Below, in pieces: positions 9,335 to 18,870 of a stretch of DNA of 64,000 nucleotides (position 1 is the stretch's first letter; each line of letters begins with the position of its first letter). The translations under genes and the position numbers were made by a program. A model generated the notes under the pieces. The model did not search any database. It saw nothing but the letters and a program-made list of their open reading frames with translations, and was not told the DNA's origin. The stretch is taken from NCBI GenBank assembly GCA_964424775.1, contig CAYRJZ010000001.1:140748-204747 (forward strand), read 5' to 3'. The DNA comes from an uncultured Gammaproteobacteria bacterium. Lineage in GTDB: Bacteria; Patescibacteriota; Microgenomatia; Levybacterales; UBA12049.

Positions 9335-10156
9335 ATGAAAAAATTAATAAAAATTAGTCGACCACGATTTTGGATCTATTTATTCGGCCCATTCTTAATT
9401 GGACTTGCCGTAGGAGGAATAAATAGAGATTATTTTTCTCTTGATCTCCTAGTCTTGGGTCTTTATTTTCTCTTTCCTGCAAACTTTCTTTTGTATGGTA
9501 TAAATGATATTTTTGATTATGCTACAGATAAACTCAATCCAAAGAAAAAGAAGTATGAAGAACTCGTTACTCCAAAAGAACAAAAAAGACTTTTTCAACG
9601 AATACTTCTCTTAACACTGCCTTTTTTTATCTATAGCGTATTTATCTCCCTTGAAGTAGGCACACTTTTGGGGTTATTTGTACTTCTTTCTCTGCAGTAT
9701 TCCTCTCCTCCCATAAGAGCAAAGTCTAAACCATTTCTTGATATGGTATTTAATGGGCTGTATATTATCCCAGGTATTATTTCCTATTTTATTATTTCCG
9801 GAACATATCCATCTCCTCTCATTATTTTTTCTGCACTGTTTTGGACTATGGCAATGCACGCATATTCAGCTGTCCCAGATATTAGTGTTGATAGAAATGC
9901 ACATATTCAGACAATAGCAACGCAATTAGGTTTTACACCAACACTCTATCTGTGTCTTGTCTTATATATCATTTCAGCACTACTTATTTATCCGTTTCTA
10001 GGAGTTTTTGCCATCTTTGTTGCACTTATTTATGTCACTTTAATGTCACTCTCTCTCATGAGTAATGAAACAGACATATTCTCTCTTTATAAGAAATTCC
10101 CAATCATAAATACCATTGTAGGAGGACTATTATTTTTCTATCTTTTGTTAAAGTGA
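9335..10156 (+). CDS. UbiA-family membrane prenyltransferase, possibly a lycopene-elongase-like enzyme
   Basis: 273 aa with 7-8 predicted TM helices and the UbiA-superfamily Asp-rich motif NDIFDYATD (NDxxDxxxD). It lies within the crt gene cluster. Confidence 0.6.
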   Translation: MKKLIKISRPRFWIYLFGPFLIGLAVGGINRDYFSLDLLVLGLYFLFPANFLLYGINDIFDYATDKLNPKKKKYEELVTPKEQKRLFQRILLLTLPFFIYSVFISLEVGTLLGLFVLLSLQYSSPPIRAKSKPFLDMVFNGLYIIPGIISYFIISGTYPSPLIIFSALFWTMAMHAYSAVPDISVDRNAHIQTIATQLGFTPTLYLCLVLYIISALLIYPFLGVFAIFVALIYVTLMSLSLMSNETDIFSLYKKFPIINTIVGGLLFFYLLLK

Positions 10157-11647
10157 AGATAATGGATGAGATGACTTTATTCCTTGAATTCTTTTATATG
10201 CAAGTTCTGCACTAATGAGACAAATAGGGACACCTATACCAGGATTGGTATTTCCTCCGACATAATAGAGATTTTTTACTTTTTTGCTTTTATTATTTGG
10301 TCGAAAAATAGCTGTTTGTTTAAGTGTATGAGCAAGACCTAAAGCAGATCCTTTATAGCTATTGTATCTTTCTTCAAATTCTCTTACTGAGAAGAATTCC
10401 TCAACTTCAAGATGCGTTTTGATATTTGGTACTTTCATAGTATCTTCTAAAAATTGATACGTTTTATTTTTATATATTTCTATATCATTTTTTGTTAAAG
10501 TCATTCCTGGTGCAATTGGTACAAGCACAAAAAGATTTTCTTTACCAGAAGGAGCCACACTTGGATCAGTATAGCTTGGACAGCACACATATAAGGATGG
10601 ATCATTAGGGAGTTGGGGATGTTCAAATATTTGAGAAAAATTTCGTTTCCAGTTATTTGAAAAATATAAATTATGATGAACTAAACTTTTAACTTTCGTG
10701 TTAAGTCCAAGATATAAAAGAAACGTTGAGGGAGCAAGTGTTTTTTTTCCCCAGTAATCCTCATTATACGTTTGTGATTCAGGTTCAAGGAGAACCGTTT
10801 CAGTGTGATGCATATCTGCATTTGAGATGACAAGATCTGCTTGAATTCGTTCGTTTCCAATTTTTACCCCAGTTGTAGTTCCATTTTCTACAACAATTTT
10901 TGTAATCGAAGAGGATGTATGGTATGTAACTCCATGTTTTTTTCCAATGGCTACGAGACTTTTTACGATTTCATACATTCCTCCCATCGGGTAAAATACG
11001 CCCATATTAAAATCAATATGGCTCATAATGTTATAGAGTGCAGGAGTGTTATACGGTGATGCACCAAGAAACACGAGATGATACATGAGGATTTTTCTCA
11101 TTTCATCTGATGAGAATCTCTTTGAAACATAGGAATCCATTGATTCGAAAACAGAAAGTTTACTTCCCCTCGTCATGAGATCCCATGTAAAAAAATCTTT
11201 GATAGAATTATAATTTTTGTACATAAAATTATTGATTGCAATTTCATATTGACGTTTTGCTGTGTCTAAATACTTATCTAGTTTTTCTAAGCTATTTTCT
11301 TCAAAATTCTCAAATATCCTTTTGTTTTTTTGCATATCGGAAAAAACATCAACTGGCTTTTCTTTTCCGCTAAAGAAAATTCTGTATGAGGGAGATAGTT
11401 TAACGAGTTTGAGATGATCTTCTACCCGTTCTCCAAGGAGTTTATAGAAATGTTCAAAAACATCCGGCATGAGGTACCACGATGGTCCCATATCAAAAAT
11501 GAACCCTTTTTTCTTTAGGATATTACATCTACCACCAAGAGTTGCGTTTTTTTCAAAGAGTTCAACTGAGTATCCTTTTTTTGCAAGAAGTGCAGCTGCT
11601 GCAAGTCCACCTATTCCGCCACCAATAATAATAACTTTTTTTTTCAT
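10148..11647 (-). CDS. crtI: Phytoene desaturase family oxidoreductase (CrtI/CrtN-type)
   Basis: N-terminal FAD-binding VIIIGGGIGGLAAAALLAKKGY. The IFDMGPSWYLMPDVFE motif is characteristic of CrtI-family desaturases. It is 499 aa. Confidence 0.8.
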   Translation of the reverse strand: MKKKVIIIGGGIGGLAAAALLAKKGYSVELFEKNATLGGRCNILKKKGFIFDMGPSWYLMPDVFEHFYKLLGERVEDHLKLVKLSPSYRIFFSGKEKPVDVFSDMQKNKRIFENFEENSLEKLDKYLDTAKRQYEIAINNFMYKNYNSIKDFFTWDLMTRGSKLSVFESMDSYVSKRFSSDEMRKILMYHLVFLGASPYNTPALYNIMSHIDFNMGVFYPMGGMYEIVKSLVAIGKKHGVTYHTSSSITKIVVENGTTTGVKIGNERIQADLVISNADMHHTETVLLEPESQTYNEDYWGKKTLAPSTFLLYLGLNTKVKSLVHHNLYFSNNWKRNFSQIFEHPQLPNDPSLYVCCPSYTDPSVAPSGKENLFVLVPIAPGMTLTKNDIEIYKNKTYQFLEDTMKVPNIKTHLEVEEFFSVREFEERYNSYKGSALGLAHTLKQTAIFRPNNKSKKVKNLYYVGGNTNPGIGVPICLISAELAYKRIQGIKSSHPLSSL

Positions 11648-12706
11648 TTATGAATTTCGAGCAAGGTTGTAGGAAAGAAGTTCTGATAAAACTGTTTTAT
11701 ATTTTTCAGAAATTTTTAAATCTTCGATAAGTGTCTGTGCACCATGTGCTAACTTAGTCATTTCATTCTGTATCTCGTCACGGGTTCCTGTTTTAGTAAT
11801 AATATTTCGCACATACTCTATCATCTCAGGAGTAAGATCTTTATTTCCAAAAATTTTGGAAAGCCTTTCTTTCTCAGTAGAATTTACTTTATTGAATAAT
11901 GTTGTGTAGTAAAGTGTTTTCTTTTCTTCGCGAATGTCAGAGCCAACTGGTTTTCCAATTTTTTCTTCATTTCCAAATAGACCAAGTTCATCATCTCTCA
12001 TTTGAAAAATTATTCCGAGGGATTCACCCAATCTCTCAAGTGATTTCAGGACACTTCTGGACTCACCACACAGAAGCGCGCCGGCCAGAAGTGGAAGGGT
12101 AAAGGTATAGCGTGCAGTTTTATAGGTATACATTGCAAGAATTTGTTCTTCTGTTACTCTTTTATCACTTCCTCCAAAGTAAACATCCTGCATCTGCATG
12201 AGGCCAACAGCAGTCATTTCATCAGAGAAGAGTTGAATAATTCGTGTTTTTCTGTCAGGGTCTCCCTGGAGCTGAGATAAAAGAGAATATGCAAGAAAAA
12301 AACCAATATCACCTACACATATACCCATACTTATCCCAAATTGGTGAGGGGAGGAAAGGTGCTCTTTTTCTCCTAAATCTTCATATTGGGCAAAGATAGT
12401 ACGTTGTCCTCTTCGAGTGTAATCATTATCCATAATGTCATCATGGATAAGAAGAGAGGTATGGAGGAGTTCTAATGCAACAGCAAGATGTAATCCGTCT
12501 TCTGAGTTCTGTCCTGAAAACATTTCTTCAGAAAGAAGAACAAGCCCTCCTCGAATCATTTTTCCCTCAGTTGCGAAATCTTGCAATCTATGGAGAACAT
12601 CAGGGCCAAACATATTAATTTTATGCAGTTGAGCTTCTTGCCTTTTTAAGTAGGAAAGAAGATGATGTGAGATCACAAATTTTTTTTCTTTAAAATACTT
12701 TTCCAT
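11648..12706 (-). CDS. crtE: Polyprenyl diphosphate synthase (GGPP/FPP synthase family)
   Basis: First Asp-rich motif LIHDDIMDNDYTRRG and second motif FQMRDDELG. The start may instead be the internal Met at about 12613, because 12706 overlaps crtB by 17 nt. Confidence 0.8.
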   Translation of the reverse strand: MEKYFKEKKFVISHHLLSYLKRQEAQLHKINMFGPDVLHRLQDFATEGKMIRGGLVLLSEEMFSGQNSEDGLHLAVALELLHTSLLIHDDIMDNDYTRRGQRTIFAQYEDLGEKEHLSSPHQFGISMGICVGDIGFFLAYSLLSQLQGDPDRKTRIIQLFSDEMTAVGLMQMQDVYFGGSDKRVTEEQILAMYTYKTARYTFTLPLLAGALLCGESRSVLKSLERLGESLGIIFQMRDDELGLFGNEEKIGKPVGSDIREEKKTLYYTTLFNKVNSTEKERLSKIFGNKDLTPEMIEYVRNIITKTGTRDEIQNEMTKLAHGAQTLIEDLKISEKYKTVLSELLSYNLARNS

Positions 12707-13523
12707 TATTTAATGTCCTCAACAGAGCTGTAGATGCAATGCGGAAGATACTTGGCTTAATTTTTTGTGAGTATACTATAAAAGGATTATTATAGATTTG
12801 CTCTGCGCTCCACATGTACATTATAGCAGCTGTTTCTATAGGTATCCGCGATTTTTTGGAGATAAATTTAAAACCATCAAAGGCATTTTGCTGCCATTTT
12901 CTATATCTATTAATTTCACTTCTTATAAGTGCTATAAATTGCTTTGGGTTTTCTCGTGCAGTTTTTTCACGGAGATCAGATAGGCTATATTTTTGAAGAA
13001 CAATGTGAGGGATGTATGTTCTCCCTAACTCATTATCTTCAGCAATATCACGAATGAAATTAATGTACTGCATGGCACGACCTTGAAGAGATGCAGTTTT
13101 ATATGTCTCACTGGGTAAATGCAGAATTTTAGCCATCATCAGTCCAATTACTTCAGCAGAACCGTACATATACTCTTCTGTTTCTTTAAATGTTATATAT
13201 TTTTTTTTCGTAAGATCATTTGACATTGAGGTGAAAAACGCTTCCACCCATTTTTTTTCAAAATTCATTCTATGAAAAAGCTCTCCAAATTCAGAGACTA
13301 TTCGAATTGGTGAATGACCTGTTATTAAATAATCTTTCCAAGACTTTTTGAATGAATGAAATCCTTCTTTGTCTTGAGGCAGAGTGTCTACGAAGTTATC
13401 TACTGTACGGACAAAGGCATAAAGAATAAAAACATCTTTGCGGATTTCTTTAGGGAAAAAGAGAGAACTATAAAAATAGGTTTTACTCCCTTTTTTCATG
13501 ATCTGAAATGAAGAAGGTGACAT
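12690..13523 (-). CDS. crtB: Phytoene/squalene synthase family protein
   Basis: Trans-isoprenyl diphosphate synthase head-to-head fold with the motif YAFVRTVDNFVD, a variant of YxxxRxxDDxxD. It is co-oriented with crtE and crtI. Confidence 0.75.
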   Translation of the reverse strand: MSPSSFQIMKKGSKTYFYSSLFFPKEIRKDVFILYAFVRTVDNFVDTLPQDKEGFHSFKKSWKDYLITGHSPIRIVSEFGELFHRMNFEKKWVEAFFTSMSNDLTKKKYITFKETEEYMYGSAEVIGLMMAKILHLPSETYKTASLQGRAMQYINFIRDIAEDNELGRTYIPHIVLQKYSLSDLREKTARENPKQFIALIRSEINRYRKWQQNAFDGFKFISKKSRIPIETAAIMYMWSAEQIYNNPFIVYSQKIKPSIFRIASTALLRTLNNGKVF

Positions 13524-13587
13524 GACTCACGTATTATAAATCCTGTCGTAATTGCTTGCAAATTGAAGGAGGGGTATAATCGCTTTC

Positions 13588-14634
13588 ATGTATCGTGCAG
13601 AAAGTAAAATAGAAACTGTTATTAATAGAGCAATTGAAAAAAAAGTATTCCCTGGATGTGTCGTAGGTATTTATGACAATGGACAAGTCCATGTTTATCC
13701 TTTTGGAAAGTATACGTATAATCAATCCTCGCATTCAGTTGCATCTGATACTCTTTATGATATTGCCTCTTTAACGAAAGTGATCCCAACATCACTTCTC
13801 ACACTCCATTTGATTGATAGAGATTACATTGATCTCAATACCTCAGTTGCATCTTTGCTTCCACTATTTGAAGGAAAATATAAAAATAAAGTAACACTTT
13901 TCCACCTCCTCACCCAGACGGTTACTTTTCCATTTACTCTTTCTGCTTATACTTCCCTTTCAGCAGATGAATTACGCTCTCTTATTCTTACCTCAGATCT
14001 TGTTTGTCTCCCGGGTACACAGTTCACCTATACAAACGCATCAAGCATTCTTTTGGGATGGGTCATAGAAAAAGTAACGGGTAAAAGCCTAGCAAAAGCA
14101 GCAAAAGATATGTTATTTGAGCCTCTTCAGTTAATTCATACTACTTTTATCCCACCAGTTGAGATGAGCGTTCCGACAGAAATACAGGATGGTAAAGAGA
14201 TTTATGGAGTAGTGCATGATGAAAGCGCTCGGATATTTAGTAGGAAAAGAAATTATGTAGGATCTGCTGGAGTATTCTCAAGTGCAGGAGATATTCTTAA
14301 AATTTTAGAGATAATTTTAAAAGATGGCAAAATCGGTGAATCTATTTTTTTATCAAAAAAGATTATTTCTTTGATGGAGACAAATCAGCTCGCTAATATA
14401 GGTGTTTCGCATGGTCTAGGATGGGAGTTAGATCAGGAGATTTTTATGGGAAAAATTTCAAAAGGAAGGACAATTGGCAAAACTGGCTTTACAGGGTGTA
14501 GTATGATGGTAAATAGAGAACAGCAAAAAGCATTAGTAATATTGTCAAACCATATTTATCCTCACAGACGTGTGAGTCGTGAATCTATAAATAGTTTGAG
14601 GCAAGAATGCGCTGAAGCAGTATTCCAGGGGTAA
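13588..14634 (+). CDS. Serine hydrolase of the beta-lactamase/transpeptidase fold (class C / esterase-like)
   Basis: S-x-x-K (SLTK), Y-x-N (YTNAS) and K-T-G (GKTGFTG) motifs in the canonical order. Confidence 0.7.
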   Translation: MYRAESKIETVINRAIEKKVFPGCVVGIYDNGQVHVYPFGKYTYNQSSHSVASDTLYDIASLTKVIPTSLLTLHLIDRDYIDLNTSVASLLPLFEGKYKNKVTLFHLLTQTVTFPFTLSAYTSLSADELRSLILTSDLVCLPGTQFTYTNASSILLGWVIEKVTGKSLAKAAKDMLFEPLQLIHTTFIPPVEMSVPTEIQDGKEIYGVVHDESARIFSRKRNYVGSAGVFSSAGDILKILEIILKDGKIGESIFLSKKIISLMETNQLANIGVSHGLGWELDQEIFMGKISKGRTIGKTGFTGCSMMVNREQQKALVILSNHIYPHRRVSRESINSLRQECAEAVFQG

Positions 14635-14638
14635 AAAT

Positions 14639-15271
14639 ATGAAAAAAATTAAAGAGGGGATATATAAGCATTATAAAGGCAACAACTATCAAGTAATTGG
14701 TACTGCTCATCATAGTGAAACGCTTGAAGAAGTAGTTGTGTATAAAGCACTTTATGATCATAAAGAGTATGGGAAAGATGCATTGTGGGTTCGTCCTGCA
14801 AAGATGTTTGTTGAGAAGATTGAAAAAAATGGTAAAGTGCTGAATCGTTTTTCTTTTGAACACCCCTCCCCTCCTCATCCCAGAGTAGGTGTTGGGATAA
14901 TTGTCGTCAGAAAAGGGAAAGTATTAATGGGAAAAAGAAAGGGGGCTCATGGAGAAGGAGCATGGTCAGTTCCAGGAGGTAATCTTGAGTATGGAGAAAA
15001 TATTGAAGAATGTGCAGTTCGAGAGGTATTTGAAGAAACGGGAATAAAGATTAAGGATACTCAATTCATAACAGTTACAAATGACGTTTTTCAAAAAGAA
15101 AATAAACACTATATAACTTTATGGATGAGAGCGTCGTCGAATAGTGGGAAAATAGTGATTTCAGAACCTGATAAATTCTTAGAAATAAAATGGGTAGATC
15201 CTGAACAACTACCCAAACCTATTTTCTTACCATTAGTACATTTTCTTAAAAGGTATTCTCTCACTGAATAA
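14639..15271 (+). CDS. DUF1653 domain fused to a NUDIX hydrolase
   Basis: The N-terminal 70 aa, GIYKHYKGNNYQVIGTAHHSETLEEVVVYKALY...WVRPAKMF, match the DUF1653 consensus. The C-terminus carries a Nudix box GKRKGAHGEGAWSVPGGNLEYGENIEECAVREVFEETGI. Confidence 0.7.
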   Translation: MKKIKEGIYKHYKGNNYQVIGTAHHSETLEEVVVYKALYDHKEYGKDALWVRPAKMFVEKIEKNGKVLNRFSFEHPSPPHPRVGVGIIVVRKGKVLMGKRKGAHGEGAWSVPGGNLEYGENIEECAVREVFEETGIKIKDTQFITVTNDVFQKENKHYITLWMRASSNSGKIVISEPDKFLEIKWVDPEQLPKPIFLPLVHFLKRYSLTE

Positions 15272-15860
15272 AGTCTATATCACGAGCAGTGCCTAACTGT
15301 TCAAGCTTGAGTATAAGTTCTTTGGGGGGGATTCCGGTTACTTCGATTCCTTCTTTATGAGCAATAACAAGTCCTTGAATTAACTGACGGGCTTTACAAG
15401 CATCATCTTTTTTCAAATACTCAATTTTTACAGAATTTTCAATATAACTGCTATCAATAATTTTTAGAGTTGCAAAGAAGACACTTGTCTGCAGAAAAAC
15501 ATCCGCCACATTTTTTATAGGTATACTTTGAATATGCTGGGTGAAGAAAAAGGATTTTTTCATAACATTCACCTGAGCAATCTCTATACTCAACTGGTCA
15601 GGAAAAAAGTCAAAGGGAAAACATGCAGATGTTGAGTAGAGTGGCATACGGGAAGATGAAACTAATGCATCGAGGTGTTTATGATGTCTTATCAGGTTTT
15701 CATGAAGGAATTCTTTTTGTTTAATTTCTTTTTGTACTCGCTCACTAGTAGCATTACTACTGCTTGTTAAACGAAAAGGAAGTTTGACTGAGGTGATAGG
15801 ACTGTTTTTAGATTTGAGTTTATGGGAATCTTTATAGGGAAAAATTTGTTGTATTTTCAT
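15261..15860 (-). CDS. Hypothetical protein, 199 aa
   Basis: ORF only. No confident motif. Confidence 0.4.
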   Translation of the reverse strand: MKIQQIFPYKDSHKLKSKNSPITSVKLPFRLTSSSNATSERVQKEIKQKEFLHENLIRHHKHLDALVSSSRMPLYSTSACFPFDFFPDQLSIEIAQVNVMKKSFFFTQHIQSIPIKNVADVFLQTSVFFATLKIIDSSYIENSVKIEYLKKDDACKARQLIQGLVIAHKEGIEVTGIPPKELILKLEQLGTARDIDFIQ

Positions 15861-15964
15861 ACTTTTACCCTACGATAATTCGATTAACCATCAGTAATAA
15901 TCATGAAAGAAAAAGGTTTGATTCCATTATTGTTAAATATGGTTGGGTTTGTTAGCATAAACGT

Positions 15965-16303
15965 ATGAGGTTGGTAACGTATTTACTTATTAATGGTATT
16001 GCGATCTTTCTTGCGTCACAACTACTTGCAGGAGTCCATGTGAATGATTTTGTAACAGCAATTATTATTGCAATTATTTTAGGTTCCCTTAATTTTTCTC
16101 TTAAACCACTTCTTATTATTCTTACTCTTCCATTAAGCATTCTTACGCTTGGATTATTTACCTTTGTTATCAATCTCTTCATACTTTACCTTGTTGACAT
16201 ATTAATAACGGGATTTAGGGTGGATGGCATTTTATGGCTTATACTCTTCAGTATTATTACCTCAATTATCTCCTCATTTCTTAACAAGATGGTAAAAAAT
16301 TAA
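15965..16303 (+). CDS. Small 4-TM membrane protein, DUF360 / holin-family-IV-like
   Basis: 112 aa, strongly hydrophobic, with the architecture of the YvlD/DUF360 family. Confidence 0.5.
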   Translation: MRLVTYLLINGIAIFLASQLLAGVHVNDFVTAIIIAIILGSLNFSLKPLLIILTLPLSILTLGLFTFVINLFILYLVDILITGFRVDGILWLILFSIITSIISSFLNKMVKN

Positions 16304-16318
16304 GGAACATCTTAAAGT

Positions 16319-17167
16319 CTAGTCTGCAGCTGAAGTATAAAAATCATGTATAGGAATATGTGGTGACCAAGGAAAATATTCTATGCTTGGCGGGAGAAGT
16401 CTAATTTGTGAGGAGTTTCCTTCATATGAATACTCTCCTTTATATGCAACTATTTCCTGCGGTGGGATTTCATGCTGTTCAAGCAAATTTTGTAGTGCAA
16501 TAACTTGCTTTGCAAGTTGTTTTGATTTTCGTGCTGCCTTATGGGCAAATTCAATAACAATCAATTTACCATCGGGGCCTAAACCAAGGAAATCTATTGC
16601 TCCACACGTTGGCAACATATGTTCAGGACGATCGGGAACTTCTAGAAGGTAATCGGAAAGATTTACCTCAGTAAATCCTTTGAGACCTGCAATGGATGAG
16701 GGAAATGTCTTATAAAGATTCCCGGCAATCCGTGGCCAATTCGCATGGAAAAAGAGAAGATTATTGTTGTGGGCAATCTCTGTTGCTGAAGTTGGATTAT
16801 TCCTTATCTGTCTATTTCCTAGAACAGTTGTTAATTCTACTGGTGGAGATTGTTCGTTACCCAACGTTACTTTATCTTGAGAGTATGGGAGAAGTATTCG
16901 AACGAATTTTCCATTCTGAAGATCAAAATCAAGTAGACGTTGCCCATCAGGCGCAGTCTCTTTAACTGGAGAGCTAATTGCTTTATGATTATTCCTTTCT
17001 TCTCTAAATGGATGGGATTTATATTGCTGGAGTCGATGAGGAGCTCTTCTGATTGTTCTGGGGAAAATAATGGGAGCAGGGATATCAGGAGTAGGGCTTC
17101 TCGGTTGAATTGATCCAATGATACCGGGATGGTGTTCCGGACCAAACATATATTTAGATAATAACAA
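16319..17167 (-). CDS. Hypothetical protein, possibly a divergent ATP-grasp-like fold
   Basis: The C-terminal segment GAIDFLGLGPDGKLIVIEFAHKA resembles the metal-binding strand region of ATP-grasp ligases. The resemblance is weak. Confidence 0.35.
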   Translation of the reverse strand: MLLSKYMFGPEHHPGIIGSIQPRSPTPDIPAPIIFPRTIRRAPHRLQQYKSHPFREERNNHKAISSPVKETAPDGQRLLDFDLQNGKFVRILLPYSQDKVTLGNEQSPPVELTTVLGNRQIRNNPTSATEIAHNNNLLFFHANWPRIAGNLYKTFPSSIAGLKGFTEVNLSDYLLEVPDRPEHMLPTCGAIDFLGLGPDGKLIVIEFAHKAARKSKQLAKQVIALQNLLEQHEIPPQEIVAYKGEYSYEGNSSQIRLLPPSIEYFPWSPHIPIHDFYTSAAD

Positions 17168-17199
17168 AATATGATGAGGTTACTTTGTAAGAAATAATT

Positions 17200-17766
17200 T
17201 TATTGTGGTTCAATAACAAGTTCTTTTGCAAAGAGATAACCCCACATTATTGCAGCGGGAAGAAGGTTCTCAAATTTTTCTGCATTAAATTCTTTCCCTC
17301 TTAGCGTTAAGCGTTTAATATATTGTTCTGAGTTAAGGTTGGTAATAAATAACTCCATCACTTGACTGACGGGATGTTGTACTTTAATACCTTCTGAGAG
17401 TAGTTTTCCAACTTTATTTCTCACGTGTCTAATATGATCGGACTGTGTATTTATAGCGTAAGGGGTATAAGGCTTTGTTAATGCTCGCTCTTTTAGGAAT
17501 ATTTGTACACCACATGACATTGAGAGATAAATCAAACCATATAATCTTGTCCTTTTTACTTCTTCTTGAGATGGAATTGGAGTATAAAGAAGTTGAGTAA
17601 AGACCTTTGCTGCAGTTCTGCAATGAACGAGTATTTCTTCTGGAAGATAGAATTTTGAAAGATTACTGTCATGTGTATATTCATCCATTGAATACACAAT
17701 TTCTTCCCAAATTCTATTTACAACTGGGTCTATCTCTTCCTGTTCGTTACTGGGCAGTCTTTTCAT
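17200..17766 (-). CDS. Hypothetical protein, 188 aa
   Basis: ORF only, co-oriented and adjacent to 16319..17167. Confidence 0.4.
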   Translation of the reverse strand: MKRLPSNEQEEIDPVVNRIWEEIVYSMDEYTHDSNLSKFYLPEEILVHCRTAAKVFTQLLYTPIPSQEEVKRTRLYGLIYLSMSCGVQIFLKERALTKPYTPYAINTQSDHIRHVRNKVGKLLSEGIKVQHPVSQVMELFITNLNSEQYIKRLTLRGKEFNAEKFENLLPAAIMWGYLFAKELVIEPQ

Positions 17767-17853
17767 AACAGTATAAAACTAGCATATATGTTAGTTATAA
17801 AAAAATGCAAGCACAGCAATGAATTTCTTACTTTCCTTGCTATACTATAGAAG

Positions 17854-18870
17854 ATGACAATTCTCCCTGAAAAATTATTTGCGCATGATCTAGACTCTGC
17901 TCTCCTCAGGGAGTCATTTCTTGTGTCTGCAGTCGTTTCTATAATTGTCATACGTTTGTTCCTTAAATTAACGGGATATCCCAGCCTAGGTGGTGATTCT
18001 TTACATATTGCTCATATGTTATGGGGTGGGATGCTCATGGTCGTTGCATTTTTTATGCTTCTCTCGTATGTGAGTAAAAAAACGACGGGAATTGCAGCAG
18101 TGATAGGCGGGTTGGGTTTTGGAGCATTTATTGACGAGTTGGGTAAATTTATTACACGTGATAATAATTATTTTTTCCAACCCACTATCGCACTCATATA
18201 TATTATTTTTGTACTTTTATTTATTATTTCTCAAGCGTTATCACGCTATAACAAAATCTCAAAAGAAGAATATCTTATTAACGCACTTGAAGGCGTAAAA
18301 GAGGCAGTACTCAACGATATGGATGTTGAGGAGAAAAAAGTCGCTCTCTCATATCTGAAAAGAAGTGATCAAAATAATGCTTTAACTATTGCTCTCACCA
18401 ACTATCTTAAGAATGTTGAGTCACTTCCTTCTCCTCAACAAAGTATTTTTACTCGTATTAGGCATATTATTTTGACGTATTACCGAAGAACTGCTCAATC
18501 TGCATTCCTAACAAAAACAGTTGCTTTTATACTCCTTTTTCAATCTCTCTCAACGATTATCATTTCTCTTAATCTTTTACTTACCCGTACGCATCTCCCT
18601 TTTGATGAATTAGGGAAGTTAATATCGTCATGTGCATCTGCACTTATCGTTTTATTTGGAATTCTCCTGCTTCGATTTTCAAAAAGACGAGCATATAGAG
18701 CATTTAAGATATCTCTTTTTATCTCAATATTTTTTACACAATTTTTTCTTCTTTACACAGTTGAAATTTTGTCGTTTCTCACACTTGGAGTAAATATTCT
18801 TTTATTACTTGTTGTTGATTATGTAATCGCAGATGAAGAGAAAAAACTAGATCAATTAAATGCTTCGTAA
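17854..18870 (+). CDS. Multi-pass membrane protein, hypothetical
   Basis: 338 aa with about 8 hydrophobic helices. No catalytic motif. Confidence 0.5.
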   Translation: MTILPEKLFAHDLDSALLRESFLVSAVVSIIVIRLFLKLTGYPSLGGDSLHIAHMLWGGMLMVVAFFMLLSYVSKKTTGIAAVIGGLGFGAFIDELGKFITRDNNYFFQPTIALIYIIFVLLFIISQALSRYNKISKEEYLINALEGVKEAVLNDMDVEEKKVALSYLKRSDQNNALTIALTNYLKNVESLPSPQQSIFTRIRHIILTYYRRTAQSAFLTKTVAFILLFQSLSTIIISLNLLLTRTHLPFDELGKLISSCASALIVLFGILLLRFSKRRAYRAFKISLFISIFFTQFFLLYTVEILSFLTLGVNILLLLVVDYVIADEEKKLDQLNAS

